32,909 bases of DNA from Raillietiella orientalis. Taxonomy: Eukaryota. Within the stretch, counting starts at the first letter, position 1, and every line of letters starts with the position of its first letter. Shown piece after piece: positions 1-9,360 of this stretch. Location: assembly GCA_036172245.1 (NCBI GenBank), contig JAYWIR010000112.1:124001-156909 (forward strand), given 5' to 3'. Below the pieces are notes generated by a model. The model was not told the origin of the DNA. It saw only the letters and a list, made by a program, of their open reading frames with translations, and searched no databases. The translations under genes were made by a program, and so were the position numbers.

Positions 1-1
1 A

Positions 2-1884
2 TCACGGCTGGGAAAGCGAGGCCGTGGTGCTCGCCTCACCCGGCGAGCGGGCAGTAAGCAGCACGACGGGCTGGAGGGCACGGTCGCCACCGGCCTCAAC
101 TGTGCTGCACGTAATCGGGTGCTCCTCCCCGGGTGCAGAACCTGTGGGTTCCGGGGTGAGCACTCGCCGTTCCGCGGCGAGTGTGTCACGCCTCAGGGTT
201 TCAGCCCTTCGGGCGCTCGCTCCCTCGCGAGTAACGCGTCGTTCAGCGGCCCTATCGGACTCCTTTGCGGAGTCTGATGCTCGCACGATGGACGTGCGCT
301 TGCATCCGTCCGATTCCACCGGGATGGTCTTCTCGGCGGTCACATAAGCAAACTTGCACGCGTTGAAGGCGCTGGCTTTTTCCTTGGAAGAGGCACAAGC
401 CGCGAGTGTTTTCGTATTCCCACGACTGCTTTTTCCCTTGGAAGAGCTCAGGGATAAATGTTGCGGAGCTTTTTTTGGAGATTTTTCTTTCCTGCTCTCC
501 ACAACCTTCCATTCGCCTTCGCGATTTTCGGAGGCTTCCGCGACAGTAGTTGCGGAAACCTCCGGGATTTTCGCTGCGTTCTCTGGGGGCGTTGCTTCAT
601 CTACGCCTTTAAAAGGCGGCAACGGAGTCACCTTCTTGACAGTCGGGAGATTTCTCCTCTCTTGCCGAGTCGGAGATGGGGCGACTGCATTCAGCGTCCT
701 TTTGCTCGTCGCAACGCTGCTTTTTACGGCTTTCGTAGCCATTGCAGAGGGGTCTGCGCTGCAGTGGGGCTTCCGGAACTGGGTAGGGACAACGGAACGG
801 GGCAAGAATTCTTAGCACTGTTGCGATCTTCCTGTTTTTCCATCTTTCCATCCAGGGTGTTACGGAGATTTCCTGGTTCCTGGCTAGAAGAGGTGCTTGC
901 GAGTTCGGCAGAGAGAGAAGGCACGGCACACGTCAAACCCTTGCGCCCCTTTTTAATTGGCTTCCCCGCCGTGACTTTCGCCTTTCTGGGCGTTGCGGTC
1001 GGGGATGCTTTCTTTTCATCCGCGGATCGCTCGTGGTTTTTTGCGAGTTTCTGTGGACGAGGTTTTTTATTTGCCGCTGCGGCTTTTCGTGCAGTGGTCT
1101 CTTGAACCCGACGAATTTCCGCTGCGGCTCTTTTTCTTGCAAGTACCGGTCACTTTTTGATTTCGTGCCCGGAATCTTTGCAATAGCGGCATATTGGAGA
1201 GGGGCACTCTTTAATTCGGTGCCCATCCTTTACGCAATGCTCGCACTCGCGAGTCTGGCGTAAGAACCACAGGTGAACGACCGTGCCGTTCACCTGCAGC
1301 TGCTCAGGCACAACACGCCTGTTCGCGACGGTGATCCGCGCGGAGGCTTGTCCAATGTGGACAGAGGGGAAATCCTTTAGAGGATTTGGCCTCCTCCACA
1401 GAGCGTGCACGCTGGCGAACTTCGCAAGCACACTTACGACATCGCGGTCGGAGATTTCCGGTTCGATTTCGCACAATTGAACGACAAAAGAGTCGTCCAG
1501 CGCGGTAGGTAGGACTTCCTTGCCATTGATGGTCAACGGCGTACGGAGAAGGCGCTGCACAAGTGCTGCGTTCTTGCACCGAATCTTCGTATATTTCATC
1601 CTGCCAGCAGGCATTATGCTAAGGAGTTCCTCCTCGCGAACGCCGATCCGGACGAGCTCATCATTGAGCTCACGACCGATTCTCCCGTTAAGGGGCCCAC
1701 TGACCTTATTACGGAGTGCAGGCATGTATCCTGATGACACATATGCCTGGAACTCCGCATCGCAGGGTCCTGGTCTTGAAGAGGTAACGGCGGCGTAACT
1801 CCTAACCGGGGGCGAGGAAACCATTACGGAGGATGCGGCCACTTCAAGTGCAGCTGAAGTGCATCTAGTGGCTTGCTCCTCCAC
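2..1884 (-). pseudogene. L1/Tx1-type ORF1 (gag-like, two CCHC knuckles), copy A; one premature stop and one frameshift
   Basis: ORF 1150..1884 ends in CEHCVKDGHRIKEC-PSPI-CRYCKDSGHEIKK*. The TGA at 1150-1152 replaces the last Cys, which is intact in the copy at 31570. The frame reads on to about 770, then shifts into the low-complexity K/S/A-rich ORF 2..805. Confidence 0.9.
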
Positions 1885-3883
1885 ACTATCCTGTGTACTG
1901 GTGATGTTGCACTATGCTACTTGGCAGATTGCACAGGAACACACAAGTGCGAGCGAAAACGCAGGCACAAAGTTGGCCGACCGTTGCCGCGGATAGACGT
2001 GGAAACACGTCTGCACTGTACGAGCGCAGGAGATCGAACGCATCTTTGGAGGGCGGCTGTGGTATCGGTGTGGAACATCGAGAAGTTGCAGTGTCGCCTA
2101 CCTGCTTCGGCTCGCCATCGAGGCCGCCGCCCGTGGAGTGCGGTTAAACGATCACGGTCGTGTCGACCAGCTCACTATCAGTTGTTCCGACTCGATCGAC
2201 CTCAAAGTCACGAACGTTTACGCCCCGAGCGGAGCGGGCCTGACGAACAGGAGGGCCAAGAAAGAATTTTTGCTGGCCCTCCATCGCGACTGGTTGACCG
2301 AGGCAGGCGTGCGGAATGCCCATCTGGTTGCAGGCGATTTCAACGTTCGCCTGAAACCAGATGGGCAGAATCCCGAGCGTGACCTGGTCGACGAGGTGTG
2401 CATGGCGGTGCACACCTGTAATTTGTTGGCCAGTGCACAGGGGATGTAAGACAGCATTGACCACGTGTTTCTTGACGAGCACCTGCGCCCTCGCGTGGGC
2501 AGGCGCGTGGCAAGTTACCGTGCGAGCCGTCCGACCATCGCCCGCTAGTCCTCGAGATCCATCCGCGCGACAGGGGCCCACCCTCGTCAGCGTGGCGTTT
2601 GCCAGGGGACTGGCTAAATCTCCCGGAAGCGAAGGAACTTCTCTGCACGTTTATACGGAGCTTTAGGATGCAGACACTAGAGGATTGGGACCGCTTCAAA
2701 CGGTCGGTCCAGGAGTTCTGCGACCAGTTCCCTCTGCACTGCCTACCTGAGGGATTTGGGGACGGGGTACGTAACGAACGAGCCTATCTGCAGGCTCGCC
2801 GTTACGCCAGGACCCCCGACATCCGCAGGCTAACGAAATACAAAGCGGGAGTCGAGAGGCAAGCCTGGCAGTCAGGATCGGCCAGCTTGCTGAACGATCA
2901 CGGCCAGGAGCATTCGGCACCCGCTCAGATCCGCGGTTTCCTGAGGCGTTTTCGGTCCACCTTGTACGCAAGAACGCCTCCTGAGCGGAATTTCTCACGA
3001 ATTCTGCTTCCATAAGGCGCTCCTTGGATGGCGGAAGAGTAGAAAAAGTCCCTCGACGAGTCTTTCACGATGGGCGAGATCATCTCGGCCATCGGAAAGC
3101 TCAAGCGGCGAAAGGCTCCAGGGGACGACGGCCTGTACGCGGAGTTTTAGCAAACTTTCGCGGCTGAGCTAACCCCCCTGGTACATCAACTCACCTTGCT
3201 GATACGCAAGACAGGTGACGTTCCCGCCTCGTTTCGTTCGGCAAAGGTGCGGCCTCTCCCTAAGGGAGGAGATCTGAGGAGCATGAACATCTGGTGTCCC
3301 ATCACAAAAGTGAATGCGGATGGCAAGTTGATAGCTAAGGTTTGGGCTGAGCGCTTGGGACGGGTTGCAAACGCCTTCATCAGCCCGGAACAGACGTATG
3401 TTGTTCCGGGGCGAAGCATTAAGACGAACATGTTCCACGCTTTCACCTGACTAGAGCTCCAACACGAAAGGGGCTTGATGCGCACCGGGAATTCCGGTGA
3501 GTCCGCAGTCATTCGACGGATGGTCGGATGGGGGAGGGAGCACTTGCGGTCGCTGTCGACTTGCGTAAAGCATTCGACAGCGTCGACCAGAATCTCCTGC
3601 TAAAGCTTTGGAACGCTTGGGCTTCCCGGCCTCATTATTGGCCTATCTGCGCTCTAGCTGGGGCGATTCGCAAATCAATGTAACTTTCAGCGGGCATACT
3701 GTTCACGGCGTGCCGGTGCGACGTGGGATCCGGCAGGGAGACAGCCTGAGCCCCTTGCTTTTCAGTACCTACTTTGAGTTGGTACTGAGAGCGTACAGGG
3801 AAACTCTCGCACCTGCCGCATGAATGCGCCGGAACGGCTGCGGTTTCAGCATATCCGGACGACCTTCTGCTACTGCTCCCTAT
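663..3883. repeat. Left arm of a ~3.2 kb inverted repeat (partner ~29575-32788)
   Basis: ORF1 1150..1884(-) and ORF1 31570..32610(+) are near-identical proteins. The junction 1860-2100 matches the reverse complement of 31350-31595, and homology continues through EN and RT to the YADD region. Confidence 0.9.
2002..3883 (+). pseudogene. ORF2 fragment (APE endonuclease from the QE motif to RT YADD+6), multiple stops and frameshifts
   Basis: Motifs NVYAP, AGDFN, IDHVFL, SDH, KAPGDDG, DLRKAFD (~3558-3578), GIRQGDSLSP (~3725-3755) and YPDD (3852-3863, a mutated YADD). Stops include 2447, 3148 and 3448. Confidence 0.92.
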
Positions 3884-3895
3884 GCGCCGTCGCGA

Positions 3896-4150
3896 TTAAC
3901 ACCCGGATGTGCCGGGGCATTTATTTCTTAGAAATAAAAATACACGAAATTTCGCGTGGCGAACCCGAAGGTTCATCACTCCAAAACAGCTTGCTGATTA
4001 CCGGCTCCATGCCGGAGAGGTCATTCCGATGCGCGGGGATGGGAAATAAAGAAAAACAAAAAGAAACAAAAAGTTCAAATGTGGGGGGGGAACAAATGTT
4101 GTAGGGGTGGGAGGGCCGGGAAGGGATCACGGCGCGCGTGGAAAGGTCCT
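3896..4150 (-). other. 3' UTR with U-rich tract, hairpins, AATAAA and terminal stem-loop
   Basis: Minus strand shows CCGGC-atgga-GCCGG, GAACC-TTCG-GGTTC, AATAAA (3925-3920) and CCCGG-cacat-CCGGG (3916-3902). Confidence 0.75.
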
Positions 4151-5360
4151 CTAGATCCTATTCAGGATCCGCACAAGCTGAGTCCTTTCAGCGCCCAAGT
4201 GGCGCCACTTGCAGACACTGCGCGCGAAAAGGCGAGTCCAGTGTAAGGCGTTGCCGGTTGGCTGACGCCTTCTTCTGGTGGCGTTCCGAGCCGCCACTAT
4301 TCCTCTGATGCAGCAGAGGACTGCTACACTAGCGGGCGGGGACAAGGCGTCACTACAGAAGAGGCGCCTGTAAACGTCCTTTGGGCCGCATCCGCGCAAG
4401 TCCAGGATCGCCGCGAGACGATCCCACAAAGGGCGGAGGGCGCTGCACTCAAGGAGAAGGTGGGGGAATGTTTCTTTTTCCCCACACCGGTCACAATTGG
4501 GATCCACAGCCCCCCGGGTGGTGTGGTGCAGGCGTGCTTTGAATGGTTATCCCCAGAGTACCACAAGCAACGCCACATCCTGCCATTTCAGGGGGAGGGA
4601 TGCACTGTTCCAGGACGCTGGGGGCCACTTCATCTCCTCCGGAGATAGTCCGAGTAGCTCGCCCCAGCGTCGAATTCCGTTGGTCGGGACACTCGGCGTC
4701 GCGATTCCGCAAGAGAGGCGCGCGACTTCATCGATCGGATTCGCGCGGCTCCACATCGCGTGCACTGTGGCGAACGCCTCTAATGTAACAATGATGTCGC
4801 GGTCCGTGATTCTCGGCTGAATGCCCGAGAGGTGGACCACGAACGATTGTTTCAGGGCCGAGGGGACCATCCCCTTCACACCTGATCTTCAGGGGCTTTC
4901 GCAGCAGGAGCTGGACGAGAGCTGCATTCTTGCAGTGCACCTCCCTATGGCCTACCGCTCTCACTGGCATAAGTGCCAGGAGATCGTTTTCTCGCGCCCC
5001 TACGCGTTCCAGCTCTCTCCAGAGCTGTTTGCTCGTCCCATCCCAGTAAGCAACACTGATCTTGTGGCACAGAGGGGGGTTGTAGCCGCTAGCGGCGTAC
5101 GCCTGTAGCTCTGTCTCGTCAATGGGGCTCCGTGAGCCGCCGTTGCCTTAGCAACGGCGGCGAAACTTCTCGCTGGAGGCGAGGGACGATCGTTGGAGGC
5201 TTTTACTCCTCCCGAAGAAGGTCCTGAGCTGCATGGGGATTCCTCCACCTCGAATTTGCGGGCACTGGCTTCATTTTTAAATGAAAATGATCATCACACC
5301 CAAAAGAAACAGCCGCAAAAAACACCAAAGACGTAGCGCAAGAATGCACGTCTGAACATT
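3896..5360 (-). mobile_element. Internally deleted non-autonomous copy (5' UTR, ORF1 N-terminal part fused to ORF2 C-terminus, 3' UTR)
   Basis: ORF1-like pieces SPPARSFAAV, HCKNAALVQLLLRKPL and FATVHAMW run directly into the ORF2 C-terminus (RRWGELL..LPLKWQD, DPNCDRCGEKETFPHLLLEC, stop at 4151). A U-rich 3' UTR and AATAAA follow. Confidence 0.85.
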
Positions 5361-5394
5361 GGAAGAGGGCGGCTATTTATCACTCGCGTGTGCC

Positions 5395-5781
5395 GGGGCC
5401 GCTGCGCGGTGCGTGCGGTTTGACGATCACGGTCGTGTCGTCCAGCTGACTCTTAGGTGGTCCGACTCCATCGATCTGATCGTGACGAACGTGTACGCTC
5501 CAAGCGGCGCGGACCTGAAGAAAAGGAGGGCGAGGAAAACATTTTTCCTCGACCTGCGGCGCGACTGGCTCACCAAAGCAGGCGTGCAAATTGCCCATCT
5601 GGTTAGAGGCGATTTGAAGTTTCGCCTAAAACCAGGTGGGCAGAATCACGAGCGTGACGTGGTCAACGAAGTGTGCAAGGCGGTGCACACCTGTAATTTG
5701 TTTGCCAGTGCACCGGAGATGGAGGACATTATGGACCACGTGTTCCTTGTTCAGCACCTGTGAACTCGCGTTGGCAGGCGC
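5395..5781 (+). pseudogene. APE endonuclease fragment (internal part of ORF2)
   Basis: AAARCVRFDDHGR..NVYAP..GDLK(GDFN)..MDHVFL, colinear with ORF 9361..10416. Confidence 0.88.
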
Positions 5782-6779
5782 TCGGCCCTGGCCTTATACT
5801 CCGCCAGACTCCGGACGTCCGGGCATCGTGAAAAGGTACGCGCCTGCAGATGGGATCTGCTGTTCGCGACACCCTCCCAGAAGCCGAGGATAGGCAGGTG
5901 CAAGGGGAACCGGCAGCAGAACTCGCGGACCGATCTTTTCAGATCGACCCAGTCCTCGAGTTCATAGATGGCGAAGCCCCGGAGGTGTTGACGGAGATGC
6001 TCCGCCGCCTCCGAATTGCTAAGCCTGTCGGCCAGCAACCTCCAGACATTCATCAGAGGCCCTTTGCCAGGCGGGAGGAGCTCGAACTCCAGTCTAGGAT
6101 GATCCAAAATCGCGGACAGCAGGCGCCCTCTCCGACCTACTCGTGAGAGCAGGTGTTCATCGAGGAACGCATGGTCCGGCGATCTCTGCATCCCGGGCTC
6201 ACCAGCAAGCAAGTTTTGCACGCGCACGGACGCGCATACCTCGATCACCAGTTGCTTCTCCCTCAAGCGGCATCTCTCCTCTGTTAGCAGGTGGACGTTG
6301 AAGTCTCCTGCGAGGAGGTGCGCCACGTTAGGGCCGGAGTCAGCGAGCCAGCGGCTGCGCAGGCCACCAAGGAATGCAAGTCGCTGGGAGTAATGCCGGC
6401 CGCCGCACGGCGCGTAGATGTTCGTAACGACCAGGTCGATCCATTCGGACCACTTGAGGACAAGTTGGCCCACACGACCTTCCTCGTCGAAACAAACGTT
6501 CCGCACCGCCTCCGCCACCCTGCCTCGGACGAGGAACGCGACTCCGCACGTGTGCGCAGAGCCTTGCCGCCAGTGTAGCGTCCCGCCCGCGCGCTCTTCC
6601 AGATCCGATGCCTGCCGTTCGGAGATGCTATGCATCTCCTGCAGCAGCACCAGATCGAACGCGCGCAAAGCGTTGGCTACCATCCGCTTTTTGTCAGCAT
6701 CACGTAGCCCGTTGACATTCCAACAGGCCACGCTGACGCGACGAGCGGACGCGAGTCCACGCATGACTGCTGCGGACAT
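5777..6779 (-). pseudogene. ORF2 N-terminus of copy B: uninterrupted APE endonuclease and linker, truncated before RT
   Basis: ORF 5751..6779 carries WNVNGL, LLQE, NIYAP, AGDFN, PDH and LDH. Homology ends at AEYKARAER. It is a divergent subfamily relative to the 9361 copy. Confidence 0.92.
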
Positions 6780-8706
6780 GACGGCGAGCTCCTCGCCCCT
6801 TCCGGCGAGAAGTCAGCTGGTAGGAGAGCGGATTGGGAAGCGGAATCGCACCCGTTCGCCGCCACATCGCCCCCAGCTGAGTCCTGGGAGCCGAGGATCA
6901 TCGAATCGGTCTCCGTGCAGGAGCCGGAACCGCCTCCGGCAACAGGCTCGTGCTTTCGCACTTTAGCACGGCGCGCTACCGGCTTACCCCGGCATGCGCG
7001 CTCCATTTGTTTGCACTCGGACTCCACCTCGGAGTCCGAGTGCCTGGCGCGAGACTGGCGTTTTGCCAGTCTCTTTTTGTTTCGGCAGGTGGAGGCTTGC
7101 CCTGCCCGGGCGGGGGTCGTCGCAGTCGCCAACGCAGCTTCCGGAGCTTTGGCTTCCGCAGCCGCCCTCTCGCGCGAAGCGACGGAGACAGAGCACGCAG
7201 CCGTAGTGCGTAACTGGGTACGCACCTTCCTCGGCGTGCTTCTCCTTTGCCTCCCACCTACCTTAAGGATGGGGAATATTGAAGGGTCAACCTTCTTCTC
7301 CCGCTTTGTGGGCGTTCTGGAGACTCGAGTCCAGCTTGCGTCGGAGACGCCCTCCTGGGAGGCCGACGTCTCCCTCAATTGTTTGGCCGGAGATGCCAGC
7401 TCACGTTTCGCGCTCGCGGCGGGAGACGGCTCCGTCCCCGTTACGCACTGCACCTGCTCCTTAGCCGATGCGGGCGAAACGGCGGTCATTGCCGTCGTCC
7501 CGCGAGGCGCTATTGCAGCCTTCGCTGCTCGTGCCTTCGGCATGGAAGACTTGATCTCCACCGCCGTAGGAGGAGACTGCCGTTCAGAGGCAGCTCTCAG
7601 GGTACGCGCGCACGGTTTCCCGTGTGCTCCGCTGGACGCGCAAGCGGACGCGGACGGATCAGCAGCCTTGATTGAGTGCGTGCCCGCACTCTTAGGCTGC
7701 TTCGAAGGGGGCGATTTGCCCCCAGGGCGACGTGGCATCTTTCCCTTCTGCGCGGTTGTCTGGGATGGTGGCTTTCCTGAAGCAACCGCGCCCTTTTTCG
7801 CGGGACCGCCACTCGAAGATGCCCCGCCCTTCGCGCCCGATTTCTCCCGTGGCACAACGGGGGATCTTTTCGGCGCGAACAAGGTTGATTGTTGGCGGCT
7901 TTTCGCCTCCCTCTTTCTCTTCAGCTCGGCGCACTCTTTGATGGAGTGGCCGGGCTGTTTACAATAGCGGCAGTTGCGTGAAGGACACGTCCACAAACGG
8001 TGACCCTCTGCACCGCAAATGCCGCAAGCCGGTCGCTGACCGGCAAATTTAAGGTGGACGATCGCATCGCCCACCTGCAAGTGCGGAGGCATTTGCCTCC
8101 TATCCGCCATGGTAACACGCGCCATGGAAGTCCGCTGTGGAGAGATGCAATCCTTTTGATCGGATTTTCTGCTCTCCACAGCGCGTGCACCGTGGCGAAT
8201 GCACTTAGTGCAGCGACGAGCACGCGATCGGGCGTGTCCACCTGGACGGCGGACAATCGGACCACGGACGACTGGTCCATGGCCGACGGGACGACCTCCT
8301 TCCCGCGGATATTTAGCGAGGCTCGGAGAAGGCGCTGGACTAGGGATGCCTCTTTGCAGTGCACCTCCCAGTGTCCGAGCGCGTTAATCGGCATGACGGC
8401 CAGGAGGTCGTCCTGTCGGACCCCGAGGCGCAAAAGCTCGTCTCACAAATTTTCTCCGACCCCGTCGGAGTTCGCAGCACTCACCGGATAGCAAAGCGCA
8501 GGCTTGTAGCCATGGGCTGCATATGCCTGCAGCTCTGCTTCGCTGGGCGGTGCTCCGTTGGCTACCGCCGCCTTGACGACTTCGGCGAAGCTTCTCGCCG
8601 GTGGCGAGACACAAGAATCAGAGGCGGACCGGACATCTGGAGTAGAGTCTAAACTGCCAGTAGCAGCCCCCACATCCATCTTTTGCTGCAGGGGCTCCGT
8701 GGACAT
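6677..8706 (-). pseudogene. ORF1 of copy B (two CCHC knuckles), frameshifted, with its end overlapping the ORF2 start
   Basis: ORFs 8443..8739, 7921..8433 and 6677..8179 tile one ORF1: SPPARSFAEV, HCKEASLVQRLLR, CGICGAEGHRLWTC, CRYCKQPGHSIKEC. Confidence 0.9.
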
Positions 8707-8843
8707 CCCAGTGTACGCACTCGGGCACACCACACACAAGAAGACGGAAAGGAATCACGCTCGACGAGCAACACAGAACACGTCAGTGCACCGTTGTCGT
8801 CGAGCGTATTCCATACCGCTGCGAAAAAGAACTCGCCGCTACT

Positions 8844-9346
8844 GACGGCAACCCCTCTGTTGACTCTGTCAACAGCGAGGGGAGCGAGCCGGCGGCGGCG
8901 TTGTCATCGACACCACCATCGATGACGTAGCCTTCGCGCTAGCCGCGGAGGAGCTGGCGGCATCGTTGGTGCCAGAACCCTGCAAGGCTGGCAAGAAGGC
9001 CGTAAGGCGTCCGGCCTCCCCTCAGGAGTCCCCCACCTCCGACCCCGAGGTGGAGACCGGAAGCGCAGCCTCCGTTTCCACGGCGCCGCGCAAGAAGTGT
9101 GGACGTAAGTCCACAAAGCCAAGGAAGCTCGTCTCCCCCGTCAAAGGGGAAGAGATGGCTTCCGCAAGCGAGGGTGCCATGAGCGTAGGAAATTCTCGGG
9201 ACCCATCGCCCGAGAGACTCTTACGCGCGGACACGGAGGGGATGGAGGGGGTGGAGGCCGAACAGGTGCCTGAGGTGCCTGAAAAGGACGAAACCCCCAT
9301 GGACATCCCGCGCGCCTCGCAAGAGGAGGGCTCCCCCACACCTTAA
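8844..9346 (+). pseudogene. ORF1 C-terminal fragment
   Basis: DVAFALAAEELAASL..KAVRRPA matches DVTFTKAAEELTATL..KAVRRPA in the ORF1 at 14805..15431. It stops 14 nt before the ORF2 ATG. Confidence 0.75.
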
Positions 9347-9360
9347 TCTTCCCAGAAGTA

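Noticed and set aside
6915..7967. Long opposite-strand ORFs (350 aa here; also 458..1105, 12165..12821, 30876..31568)
   Set aside because: These are shadows of GC-rich ORF1/ORF2 sequence, with no motifs and no conservation between copies.
8852..8882. Hairpin CTGTTGAC-TCT-GTCAACAG near the B/C junction
   Set aside because: It lies inside the ORF1-homologous part (DGNPSV ~ DNKPSV at 15237) and is absent from the paralogue, so it is probably chance.
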